A DNA stretch of 64,000 nt from a virus. The position numbers were made by a program, and so were the translations under genes. Where the stretch lies: the IMG/VR virus record IMGVR_UViG_3300005253_000031, positions 26,883-90,882 of that record; one strand, given 5' to 3'. The notes below the pieces were generated by a model. It had not been told where the DNA came from, made no database searches, and worked only from the letters and a program-made list of their open reading frames with translations. Of this stretch, positions 17,602-26,410 are shown in pieces; positions within the stretch are counted from its first letter, which is position 1, and each line of letters begins with the position of its first letter.

Positions 17602-18368
17602 TCCAATACTCGATCATATACCATATGCGTCAAAATAGTTTTATCCCAAGCCCCGTATCGACCGGTAAACAGGAGACGCTCACTGTGTGCTGGTATGTTC
17701 CGACGACCCACCACTTTGGTAACCTCGAAGTAGTTATACTCAGGTCGCCGAACGGGAATATAGCCTGCCCTATACTCCATAGTAAATGTGCCCCAGATTG
17801 CCGAGCACCTGTACCAGTCACAATGCTCGTTTATGTTATACAAAATCCAGGCCTCGCCGTCAGGGGCTTTACCGCCCCTAATCCAAAGCGTAGCGGACTC
17901 GTAGTCCAATCCGGAGTAGAGGTGATGTAATGGAATGGTTGATATCACCCTATCGTACTCCCGCAGTAACTCCCCTATGTCGTGTAAATCCTCTATAGCT
18001 TTAGTCTGTACTTGCTTCCCGTACAAATCCCAAAGCATGTTGATGGCTGTTCCTGCATTGTATCCCTGTATCTCCGGAACCTGCCTGGGCCCCAGCACAC
18101 TGTTCTTTACCGACGGGATGCCATACACCTTTTGGCCATAAGCCAACGCCACATTCCTACTCAACATGCCCTCAGCACCCAACAGCCGTTGCTGAATTGA
18201 CGTAGGCGTTAATGGAAGGTTGCACGAGGCGTGTAGAAAAAACACTCCCGCGTTACGCTTACTCTTGTTAGGGTCGGCATCAAAGATATCTACGTAATTC
18301 CCACACTCCGACGCTGCGTGTGCTGCCATCATCCCAGACGGGCCTGCACCCAGTATGGCTATCCGCAT
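17589..18368 (-). CDS. FAD-dependent oxidoreductase, UDP-galactopyranose-mutase-like
   Basis: IAILGAGPSG dinucleotide fold, YDRVISTIPL, C-terminal FTGRYGAW (compare GRLAEY/GRFG of the UGM family). Confidence 0.7.
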   Translation of the reverse strand: MRIAILGAGPSGMMAAHAASECGNYVDIFDADPNKSKRNAGVFFLHASCNLPLTPTSIQQRLLGAEGMLSRNVALAYGQKVYGIPSVKNSVLGPRQVPEIQGYNAGTAINMLWDLYGKQVQTKAIEDLHDIGELLREYDRVISTIPLHHLYSGLDYESATLWIRGGKAPDGEAWILYNINEHCDWYRCSAIWGTFTMEYRAGYIPVRRPEYNYFEVTKVVGRRNIPAHSERLLFTGRYGAWDKTILTHMVYDRVLEWLL

Positions 18369-19258
18369 ATCTCAACCGCCTTCCTCAGATTTTCCGCGTA
18401 ACCCAATACGTCATTCGCGTGAAACCGTCGCATGTATTGAGGGTGCCATACCCCCGCGCTCCTAACGTCATAAGCTGCGAGAGCCGCCATAGCCTTTCCT
18501 CCTAAAGCCACTACTTTCGGATATCCTAATGCCGCCCACTTATCGTATAGCGGGTAAGGAACACCATCGTCGTCATAGGCGTTGCTCACGTGCACTCTAT
18601 CCCAATTGAACCCCGCCACCTTAAACGCCTTAAATAGGTGCTTGCCGCAACCCCCAGAAAGCGTGGTGTTCGGCAGGAAATTCTTGTCCTTGAGGTTGTG
18701 CTGCTCTCCCACAAACCACACCTCCGGCATTACGGTTCCCATGCCATCATCAGTAATAGTCACCGGCTCATACGTAATAAAGTTACGAATTCTGTCTACC
18801 ATCACGTTAAGATCTGCGCTCCTCACTAGGGTCTTAGTCAAATGAGAAAACTCAAAACCATAACGCAGAAACTGGCTAACGCCCCTCCAATCCACCACAC
18901 CTCGATACCTCTCCTGAAAACGGTCGAGCGTATGTTGATTATGGCCATCTAACAGGAACAGGTAGGCGTCATGAGCTCGTAGCCAACCCTCTAACACCCA
19001 AATCTCGAACTGAGTAAGTCCTTCCTCACCGCGAACCAACGGGCCATAGGCCAACTCGCTCAAGTGTAAGCGGTCTACAACTACGTTCATATCTGGAAAA
19101 TCTACGAGAGCCTGTTGCATCTGAGACAGCCACTCAAATAGACGGTTTTTAGCGATGTGCGGAAAGTGCAGAGACCTCCCGCCGTCCAGTTCTACCAACC
19201 GCTGGGCGATGGTGGACTTACCAATCCCGTCGATACCTTCAAGGATGATTATCGCCAT
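18359..19258 (-). CDS. Fusion of thymidylate-kinase-like dNMP kinase and uracil-DNA-glycosylase-superfamily domain
   Basis: ILEGIDGIGKST, VVDRLHLSELAYG; then VWFVGEQHN, VHVSNA, KVVALGGKA, VWHPQY. Confidence 0.78.
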   Translation of the reverse strand: MAIIILEGIDGIGKSTIAQRLVELDGGRSLHFPHIAKNRLFEWLSQMQQALVDFPDMNVVVDRLHLSELAYGPLVRGEEGLTQFEIWVLEGWLRAHDAYLFLLDGHNQHTLDRFQERYRGVVDWRGVSQFLRYGFEFSHLTKTLVRSADLNVMVDRIRNFITYEPVTITDDGMGTVMPEVWFVGEQHNLKDKNFLPNTTLSGGCGKHLFKAFKVAGFNWDRVHVSNAYDDDGVPYPLYDKWAALGYPKVVALGGKAMAALAAYDVRSAGVWHPQYMRRFHANDVLGYAENLRKAVEICG

Positions 19259-19608
19259 TACTTGCCCTCCGTTTTAGGCTTCTCGTCTACGTGGAACTTA
19301 CTTAACTCCGAAACCTTCGTAACGATTTTAGGCACTATAGACTCCATGGTTCCAAGCCGCTTCTTCACATCCTCGAAGTGGTTTTTGATGGTCTCGGGGT
19401 TACTGTCCGGGTCAATTAGCATAGCTTCAACCTGCTCCAACATGCCATCGTTTAACTTACGGGTCACCTTAATCCAGGTCTCCAGCGCCTCAGACGTCTG
19501 GGCTTCAATGTCCTGCTCAGTGTCCAGCTCTAGAACGTCTAGTCCCACCTTCAACCATGCACCCGTCTCCGTAGGAATGGACGAGTGCAACGTAACGTTT
19601 ATCTTCAT
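19258..19608 (-). CDS. Hypothetical protein
   Basis: ORF tiles with neighbours. Confidence 0.5.
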   Translation of the reverse strand: MKINVTLHSSIPTETGAWLKVGLDVLELDTEQDIEAQTSEALETWIKVTRKLNDGMLEQVEAMLIDPDSNPETIKNHFEDVKKRLGTMESIVPKIVTKVSELSKFHVDEKPKTEGK

Positions 19609-19621
19609 TATTGCGCCTCAC

Positions 19622-20449
19622 TTACCAGGGAAGATCGTTTGGGTTTAGCTCATCCTTGGTTTCTACCCCAAGATCCTCAGAGGGCAGGTCTACCACGGAA
19701 CCTGGTGACTCAACCACCGTTCCACCCAGGGTTTCAATCCGCCCCGATCCGATATCCTCAAGGTCGGGTAGCTCAGCAACTTGAGCTAGAAACTCCTGCT
19801 CAATATCGCTTACCGTAGCTGCATCTAATTCTCTAGTGATTTTCTGGGTTCCCTTGGCCCCGTAGCGAGTGATGACGTAATCTCGATCCATAAGGGTTCC
19901 GTACTCCTCAATTTTTCCCAGCATCTTTCGGGCCATGTAGAATCCGTCCTGCCAAACAACGAACTCGTTAACCTCTTCCTTGTATCTCTTGGCGGCTGCG
20001 CCTAACGTCACTCCTTGCCACTTACCCTCAGCATCCGGCCTTGTGTGATATATGGCATAAAGATATACCCACGCCATAAACTGGGTACTGCGAGGTATCT
20101 CTGTCGTACATGCCTCACACTCTCCTGAAAGCTCGAAGGTGTCAGAATCTTCCACCAGCGTACACAAGCGAGAAACGAAAAACTGCTTGCCTCCCTGAGA
20201 GTGTTTTTCAATTCGATGAAACTCCCCGTTCAAAATCTCAACAGTTGATCCGTGCTCCGCTGCATACTTGTCAATATGCTCGGGCTCGGGGCCCCATTGA
20301 CCCATAGAGGTAACTACTCGAATTTTAGCCTTGTCTCCATCATCTCGAAGAATCAAGCGAGGAATGAAACGCCCGCCCTCACCCATGAACTCTGTATTCG
20401 AGTCAAACTTCTTTTGTGCAGATCCAAATCCCCTTCGTACAGCGGTCAT
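19622..20449 (-). CDS. Single-stranded DNA-binding protein (gp32-like)
   Basis: H...C...CxxC Zn ligands, DRDYVITRYG, acidic tail ending DLPW; replication context. Confidence 0.65.
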   Translation of the reverse strand: MTAVRRGFGSAQKKFDSNTEFMGEGGRFIPRLILRDDGDKAKIRVVTSMGQWGPEPEHIDKYAAEHGSTVEILNGEFHRIEKHSQGGKQFFVSRLCTLVEDSDTFELSGECEACTTEIPRSTQFMAWVYLYAIYHTRPDAEGKWQGVTLGAAAKRYKEEVNEFVVWQDGFYMARKMLGKIEEYGTLMDRDYVITRYGAKGTQKITRELDAATVSDIEQEFLAQVAELPDLEDIGSGRIETLGGTVVESPGSVVDLPSEDLGVETKDELNPNDLPW

Positions 20450-21027
20450 ACCTTCTCTCCTATTACTTCCAGTCTCAGTCCACAACTATAATCTGTGGTG
20501 TTTCTCAAGACAGCTATTCTCTTTTTCGCGCGATAACGTACTCTTTTCAACGCTTTCTCATCTACCTCGTAGGCCTTCGCTGTAGATGCCAGTGACATGA
20601 AATCCATTCTCCCCAACATATAGGGAATCTCCAAATCCTGAAATCCCAAGATCTCCAATTGAAGCTCAAGGGAGTCATCCACGGTCTTACATAGCTTGCC
20701 CATATCTCGAGATAATGGGCCGTCCTCCTCATCACCGTCAAACATAACATCCATGGACAGCCCTTTCTTCTCTGGGCCGTAATGCCTGTTTGCATATTCG
20801 GTGAGAGTGGTGATTTTGTTCCAACAGGCCCTATGGAAGAACGTATGAAACGTTACCCCCCGCTCGGGATCATACTTTTGCAGGCATTTAAGCAATATCA
20901 ACTTTAGCTCTTGTTCCAGGTCTTCCCGCTCCATATAGGGAACGTGCACTTTATAGGACATGCTTATTAGCTTAGGTGTCCACTGCTTAACAGCTTCTTC
21001 AAATTGTGCGTCCGAAACGGTGCTCAT
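20446..21027 (-). CDS. RNA polymerase sigma factor (sigma70 family, region 2 plus region 4-like HTH)
   Basis: EREDLEQELKLILLKCLQKYDPERGVTFHTFFHRACWNKI; C-terminal HTH and RVRYRAKKRI. Confidence 0.82.
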   Translation of the reverse strand: MSTVSDAQFEEAVKQWTPKLISMSYKVHVPYMEREDLEQELKLILLKCLQKYDPERGVTFHTFFHRACWNKITTLTEYANRHYGPEKKGLSMDVMFDGDEEDGPLSRDMGKLCKTVDDSLELQLEILGFQDLEIPYMLGRMDFMSLASTAKAYEVDEKALKRVRYRAKKRIAVLRNTTDYSCGLRLEVIGEKV

Positions 21028-21069
21028 ATATACATTATACCTCAGTTGACTACTTTGAACACTCAATTC

Positions 21070-22008
21070 TCACCAAAGATTACCGCCTTTAGTAAATATC
21101 CTCATCAGCTCTTCACGAGGCATTTCCTGTACGTCTTTACGCCCTTTTGGCAACTCGATTTTAACCACATTCAACTTATGGCCCAACTTATCTCCTATCT
21201 GAGCGTCTAAATTTCTCCCTGCATCATCGTTATCCACAGCAACAAAGACGGTCTGTCCCAGCTTCAAAAGGCTTTTCTCCTGGTCCTTGGATAAAGAGGA
21301 ACCCATAATTCCCACCGTCGATGTAAAGCCTAACTGATGCATCCATATAACGTCCAGAGGTCCTTCTACCACTATTACCACTCCCGTATTGCGCGGATGC
21401 TTCCAGGCCCCATACAGAAACCTAGTCTTCTTGCATCCCGGAGACACCAGGTACTTATTACCCAATGGATACCCAGGAATTTCCCTTCGAATTATGCCCA
21501 CCAAATGCTCACCCGTGTCATCAAACAGCGGAAGCACAATAGAGGGAGTACGCTCATCATATCGGATTCCCCACTCTTTAAGCGTCGCAGGTGTGAATCC
21601 CCTGTCCAGTATGTAGCTATGAGTACGCTCTGTCGACTGACGTGCATAGTCCTGCCTAAACATAGCTTCAAATTCGTACCCGATAACTTCCTCAGCAGAG
21701 TTCAGTAGGCAGTCGTCTATTCCGTACTCTACCTCTCCTCCCCGAACTAGAAGCCATCGACGCGCCTCAACAGGAGTATACTCTAAGACCATCGACGCTA
21801 GCTGCTCAAAGGAGCCTCCCCCACAACCCTTGAAACACTGCCATTGCCCGGTCTCAAGAACAACTCCCAGTCCCGGACGCATGTCATCATTAGCGTGATC
21901 CCCAAATGGGCAGGCCACCTTTACGTAGTCTGAACCCCATACCTTAGGCTCGAGACCCAGGTCCCCCAAGGCGCGTTCAACATCTATGGTATAGGTACCT
22001 AATTTCAT
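21070..22008 (-). CDS. dnaG: DNA primase (CHC2 Zn finger plus TOPRIM)
   Basis: CPFGDH...CFKGC; VVEGPLDV; AVDNDDAG; KDVQE. Confidence 0.9.
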   Translation of the reverse strand: MKLGTYTIDVERALGDLGLEPKVWGSDYVKVACPFGDHANDDMRPGLGVVLETGQWQCFKGCGGGSFEQLASMVLEYTPVEARRWLLVRGGEVEYGIDDCLLNSAEEVIGYEFEAMFRQDYARQSTERTHSYILDRGFTPATLKEWGIRYDERTPSIVLPLFDDTGEHLVGIIRREIPGYPLGNKYLVSPGCKKTRFLYGAWKHPRNTGVVIVVEGPLDVIWMHQLGFTSTVGIMGSSLSKDQEKSLLKLGQTVFVAVDNDDAGRNLDAQIGDKLGHKLNVVKIELPKGRKDVQEMPREELMRIFTKGGNLW

Positions 22009-22098
22009 TTACGAACCACATCCCTGAGGCGCAAATACCAACAACGCCATAATCGCCACCGAACCAACAACAAATATCGCATATATTCCCGTTCTCAT
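22009..22098 (-). CDS. 29-aa hydrophobic peptide
   Basis: MRTGIYAIFVVGSVAIMALLVFAPQGCGS; exactly fills the gap between helicase and primase. Confidence 0.4.
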   Translation of the reverse strand: MRTGIYAIFVVGSVAIMALLVFAPQGCGS

Positions 22099-23393
22099 TA
22101 CAACGACTCCTTCTCAAATTCCTGTGGTGCCATAAAGTCCATCTGTGCAATCAACCCGCTGTCTACGTCCCACTCGAGATACTGCTTTGAGTCCCAGGTT
22201 TTTCCTGCTCTGTTGTATGGCACCTTGAAAATCCGTCTGAACTTACTCTCCGGATCCTCAGCAATAGTTATCAGCCGATTAGCTGCTTCTACTGCGGACT
22301 TGCCGTATCCCACCTGTATGATGTCATGGATCGGCTCATTTTTGTTGGTCAACCCCTGTGTGTTTGGCTGGCCAGCCCAGATCACGACGTTGTTGTAATA
22401 CTGCGCTGCATTCTTCAGGCCATCCGCACACTCCTTAATAGTTTCCCAGCCGGTTTGGCCCTCACGACCCTGTAGCAAGTGTATGCCGTCTATCAACATG
22501 AGGTCAGGACGGTGCTCCTCCATGAGCCCTAACAGGTCCTCGAACGTAAACCCAGATGCTGATTGGCTGTCAACGCAGATGAAATCCGCCCGCTCCTGAA
22601 GTTTGTACAGCCAGCTTCGATACGCCTCCATATCCACGTCTTTCCCGGAACTCAACGTATCATGAGAAAACTGATTTCGGAACTGTCGAGCTAGCACTAC
22701 ATCAAATCTCAAGCCGCACTCTGTCATCGACATCTCAGGAGATACCAACAGCACTTTATAGCCTGCTCGATACGCAACACATCCAAAGTACATCAGTAAC
22801 CAGGACTTACCCGAACCTTTTGGGCCCACGACCATGATTCCTTCGCCCTCATGCCAGCCCTGATAGTAGCCATCAAAACAAGCCAATCCCGTGGGAATCC
22901 CCCCAACTTCTCCCTTCTCTATGCCCGCGATCTTCTCCTCAAGCGCCACCATCCTAGACAGCGCATCTCGATCAAGGAACGCCACGTGCTTCGCAGTCTG
23001 AGGTTTCAATGCACGCAGATCCAACTCTAACCCGGCCAGAACTTCGTAGGGGTCGTCCCGGAGATTTACTCCCCCTGCTCCAAACCTATCCCGTACAGCT
23101 TGACTCATCATTCTAGCAGTGTATTGAGACAGCAACTCGTCTATGTAATAGGAGATGTCCCCCGCCTCCAAGAACTCAAACTCCAGATCTGTGTTCGAAA
23201 AACGCTTGATGATATCGCCCTGGTTGGGGAAATTGCCTTCGTAAACCTGCACGTAGTTGACAATGAAATCAAGCACCTCCCCATACAACAGAAAATGCTC
23301 GGAGCGAACACCCTCCTGGGACAGCTTCCGCAAATCCTCTACGTTCTTGATGGAACTCAATAAACCTTGTTCAACGTCTTCTGGTGTAAGCAC
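22098..23393 (-). CDS. dnaB: DnaB-like replicative helicase
   Basis: GIPTGL, GPKGSGKS Walker A, SPEMS, LIDGIHLL, Q and R finger region. Confidence 0.9.
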   Translation of the reverse strand: MLTPEDVEQGLLSSIKNVEDLRKLSQEGVRSEHFLLYGEVLDFIVNYVQVYEGNFPNQGDIIKRFSNTDLEFEFLEAGDISYYIDELLSQYTARMMSQAVRDRFGAGGVNLRDDPYEVLAGLELDLRALKPQTAKHVAFLDRDALSRMVALEEKIAGIEKGEVGGIPTGLACFDGYYQGWHEGEGIMVVGPKGSGKSWLLMYFGCVAYRAGYKVLLVSPEMSMTECGLRFDVVLARQFRNQFSHDTLSSGKDVDMEAYRSWLYKLQERADFICVDSQSASGFTFEDLLGLMEEHRPDLMLIDGIHLLQGREGQTGWETIKECADGLKNAAQYYNNVVIWAGQPNTQGLTNKNEPIHDIIQVGYGKSAVEAANRLITIAEDPESKFRRIFKVPYNRAGKTWDSKQYLEWDVDSGLIAQMDFMAPQEFEKESL

Positions 23394-23970
23394 TCAATCC
23401 CCCTTGTGGTCGTACGGCATATCGTACCCAGCAACTATCACAATGTGTTTCATCACCTTCGGGATGGTTCTCGCCCCCTTCAATCTCAGGCCACTCCTCC
23501 AATGCTCCTCTCTCCTTCAAACGGGCATCAACAGAATCACACGCTGAGTTTAGCTTCTCGATCGGATCCTCATCTGCATTATACCCGTTTCGAACATCCT
23601 CAAGGAGTCCCATCCAGTAGGCAAAGTAGAAACGCTCATACGCAGTTTCTGAGAAACGCTCGTAGTACATGTACTTCCAAGGCTGGTTATAGCCTCCTAG
23701 GTCGATCACAGCGCGATTAAACACGTTTGTCGTCAACAATCTACCCGTAACGCCTACCACATGGATGAACTCTCCAGCAATCAAACGGTCTGTTGCACAT
23801 ACCAATAGGTAACGATTGTTATCGAAGTTCTTCAGAAGGGCTGCATAACCTCTAACCAAAGGGGCTTTCATGGTAAAGCTGTCTCCGAGTCCCTTGGCCT
23901 CAGCTCGACTAACGAAGTAGTCGGCCAGAGCTGTTGGAGTATAGCTTCCCGCCAACGTTATGATTTTCAT
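23371..23970 (-). CDS. Hypothetical protein
   Basis: ORF tiles in the replication block. Confidence 0.45.
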   Translation of the reverse strand: MKIITLAGSYTPTALADYFVSRAEAKGLGDSFTMKAPLVRGYAALLKNFDNNRYLLVCATDRLIAGEFIHVVGVTGRLLTTNVFNRAVIDLGGYNQPWKYMYYERFSETAYERFYFAYWMGLLEDVRNGYNADEDPIEKLNSACDSVDARLKERGALEEWPEIEGGENHPEGDETHCDSCWVRYAVRPQGGLSAYTRRR

Positions 23971-24443
23971 GCAGCTTCCCTTACCTCAGATACTAAGTCC
24001 AATATCCACTTACTGCACAACGTGCGATTCAACACTGCCTTCAAAGCTAAGTCGTCAGCACGCTCATTACCCGCAATACCCACGTGTGCTTTGACATGTT
24101 TTAGCGTGATATATCGACCTACTTTTTGGTGGGCGGTGCGAAGTTTAATCGCTTCCTCATATAGTCCCCGTAAGTGTGGCTGCTTTACCCGCCACAAGCC
24201 GCTGACTTGCTTCACCACCAACATACTGTCACTACGTATAACGACGTTCATGTCCTGAAACTCATGTAGAGACTTTAGAGCAACGATTAGAGCAACGTAT
24301 TCCGCTATATTGTTGGTTAAGTCATCCCCAAGGAACCCACTTTGCTCCATGAAGGATTTACCGTCCTGATACCACGCTATCCCATAACCGCTGGGTCCCG
24401 GATTAGTCGGACGAGTGGAACCATCTGTAAAAATCTCAATCAT
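23967..24443 (-). CDS. rnhA: Ribonuclease HI
   Basis: FTDGS..NPGPSG, TNNIAEY, SDSMLVV, HVKAHVGIAGNERADDLA. Confidence 0.95.
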   Translation of the reverse strand: MIEIFTDGSTRPTNPGPSGYGIAWYQDGKSFMEQSGFLGDDLTNNIAEYVALIVALKSLHEFQDMNVVIRSDSMLVVKQVSGLWRVKQPHLRGLYEEAIKLRTAHQKVGRYITLKHVKAHVGIAGNERADDLALKAVLNRTLCSKWILDLVSEVREAA

Positions 24444-24672
24444 CTATCTCGTCCAATATCTCTTGTACTTCTTCCTTGGGCATCCAGGGCCCTAATTGAT
24501 TAAGCGCATCCCCTAGCGGCCCCACCAGGACCCGCATCTTATTGCTGACCTTCACAATCACGCTTTCGGTTTCCCGAAGACAGGGTTGGCACAACCGAGT
24601 TTCCACCGGTTTATCCACCCGCCGTAACGTGTTTTTTGTAGACCCGCAACGAAAGCAGTTCAGTATTAACAT
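24436..24672 (-). CDS. Small Zn-finger protein
   Basis: CFRC...CQPC. Confidence 0.5.
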   Translation of the reverse strand: MLILNCFRCGSTKNTLRRVDKPVETRLCQPCLRETESVIVKVSNKMRVLVGPLGDALNQLGPWMPKEEVQEILDEIDD

Positions 24673-24966
24673 CTATTCTTCCTTATCTGTGGACTTTGGG
24701 GTGGTGGCGAGGGCCTTAACGACTTGCTTTAAGTTGTCGTGGATCTCATCCACAATAGCCTTCATATGATCTTCGGCTGTTTCCGAGGGATGTTCCCTAA
24801 TGCAATATCTTAAAAAGTTCCTAGCTTCAGTAAACATTGGGTCGTAGTCGTCCTCGATGACATAATCCCTACCTGTTAATTCCTTTAGTCGATCTAAGTG
24901 TCGTTCGCGTTCATCTGCTGCATGACTTTCTTGCCAAATAACCTTATCCAGTTCGTTTTCGCTCAT
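24673..24966 (-). CDS. Hypothetical protein
   Basis: ORF track; tiles with neighbours. Confidence 0.5.
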   Translation of the reverse strand: MSENELDKVIWQESHAADERERHLDRLKELTGRDYVIEDDYDPMFTEARNFLRYCIREHPSETAEDHMKAIVDEIHDNLKQVVKALATTPKSTDKEE

Positions 24967-25028
24967 AGCTGCACGATCTCCTCTGTAGGCTCTGAGATAG
25001 TGACGAAATCAAATTCTCTCTTATCCAT

Positions 25029-25478
25029 CTACTCTTCTTCCTCCTCAGTAAGGACCGGGAAGTATACCGCTGGGGTATAGTCAACTTCTGACGTAGCTTC
25101 CTTCAGTTCCTCCTCAGTAATCCGCCCCTGAATTCGAGCCTCCTCAAACTTGGCGGTGTTGAGGACATAGGTAGTAATCTTATCGCAAATGTTTTGAAAG
25201 CGCTTAATCCCGATAACGTCTCGCAGTTTCCCCTCGATAACCTCTCCGCCCTTCTTCGTAATCCGACGATCAAACATCTTCTTCAGTGTGGGTAGAGGAA
25301 GTATCACTCGTTGGTTTTTCCCGCCCAGCTTGTCGCTAATGTCGTTGATCTGCTTCTTGATTTCCTTCTTCCGTTTGTCCCCCATTTTCCCGGATTGATC
25401 AATGAGATCATACTCCTCCCCCAACTGCTCCAAGAGAGCTACATACTCAGACAGTGCATCCATGTTAATCCTTACCAT
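25029..25478 (-). CDS. Hypothetical protein
   Basis: ORF track; SD upstream. Confidence 0.5.
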   Translation of the reverse strand: MVRINMDALSEYVALLEQLGEEYDLIDQSGKMGDKRKKEIKKQINDISDKLGGKNQRVILPLPTLKKMFDRRITKKGGEVIEGKLRDVIGIKRFQNICDKITTYVLNTAKFEEARIQGRITEEELKEATSEVDYTPAVYFPVLTEEEEE

Positions 25479-26410
25479 GGTAGATCCTCCGCTTCCGGGT
25501 CGATTGCCCCAAGGTTACTTAAGTTATTATGCTTCGCCAAGATCTCTTCGATCCAGTCATTAGGTGGGTCGTTGAACTGGGTGATATCCGTTGGTGCGTC
25601 AGTGCTGTGATACTCACCATCCATTGAACCCGCGATGTATTCGTTAATCTCCTCCTCAGTCAGGAACTCCAACTTGGTCTCTGGGCCCAATGAGGTCGTC
25701 ATGGTCTTCTTCGCGGGCCACAACTGACTTGGAATCTCCTCTCCCGCATACGTGTATATCAAGCGCTGTTGGGCAAAGGTTTCAATAGCCTCGTCACAAT
25801 GCCTCAAGCGGGTTTCGGTGATCGCTTTTGCGGCCGACAGTCCCTCCATCTTGATTAAGATGCCTGCTACTACAGTTCCGGTTCTACCGTGCGCTCCCAT
25901 GCAGCCAATATCAACATGCTTGCCCTCTTTGAGATACTGCACTGCTAAGTCAATTATGCCTGCATAACGCGCATCATCTATAGTTCCAAAGTCCTTCCAC
26001 ACCACGATGTAAAACTGTGCGGGACTCTCCGAATGAGATGCAACCCCAGTAAGTCCGGGAGTCACCATATCCTCTTGAAGGAACTCCCCCCACTTGGCAT
26101 CTAGATAAATACCCAGATCCGGATCGGAGTATGGCTTTTTGTCAGCGCGTAACAAGCCACTAACTGTGAGATTATACTCTCCTACAGCCACCTCGTCCTG
26201 CCAGTGGTGGCATACGGGCTTGGGTACGTAGTTAGTCTTTTTCCCAGCTTTGCCTGTATAGACATAACCCCCCACAGTTATAGCCTTGGTCGTATTCTTC
26301 TCATAGTCTTCGGAAATCGACGTTCCCCATATCTCTTCGTATGTCTTGTAAGATGCAGCCTGCACGACCTGCTTTTCCCTTCGCGCCCTGCGTCTACTAG
26401 CTCTGCTCAT
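25472..26410 (-). CDS. Cys-dependent (CX5R) dual-specificity/tyrosine phosphatase-like protein
   Basis: WKDFG acid loop, HVDIGCMGAHGRTG P-loop, AIETFAQ Q-loop; start MSRASRR at 26410. Confidence 0.85.
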   Translation of the reverse strand: MSRASRRRARREKQVVQAASYKTYEEIWGTSISEDYEKNTTKAITVGGYVYTGKAGKKTNYVPKPVCHHWQDEVAVGEYNLTVSGLLRADKKPYSDPDLGIYLDAKWGEFLQEDMVTPGLTGVASHSESPAQFYIVVWKDFGTIDDARYAGIIDLAVQYLKEGKHVDIGCMGAHGRTGTVVAGILIKMEGLSAAKAITETRLRHCDEAIETFAQQRLIYTYAGEEIPSQLWPAKKTMTTSLGPETKLEFLTEEEINEYIAGSMDGEYHSTDAPTDITQFNDPPNDWIEEILAKHNNLSNLGAIDPEAEDLPW

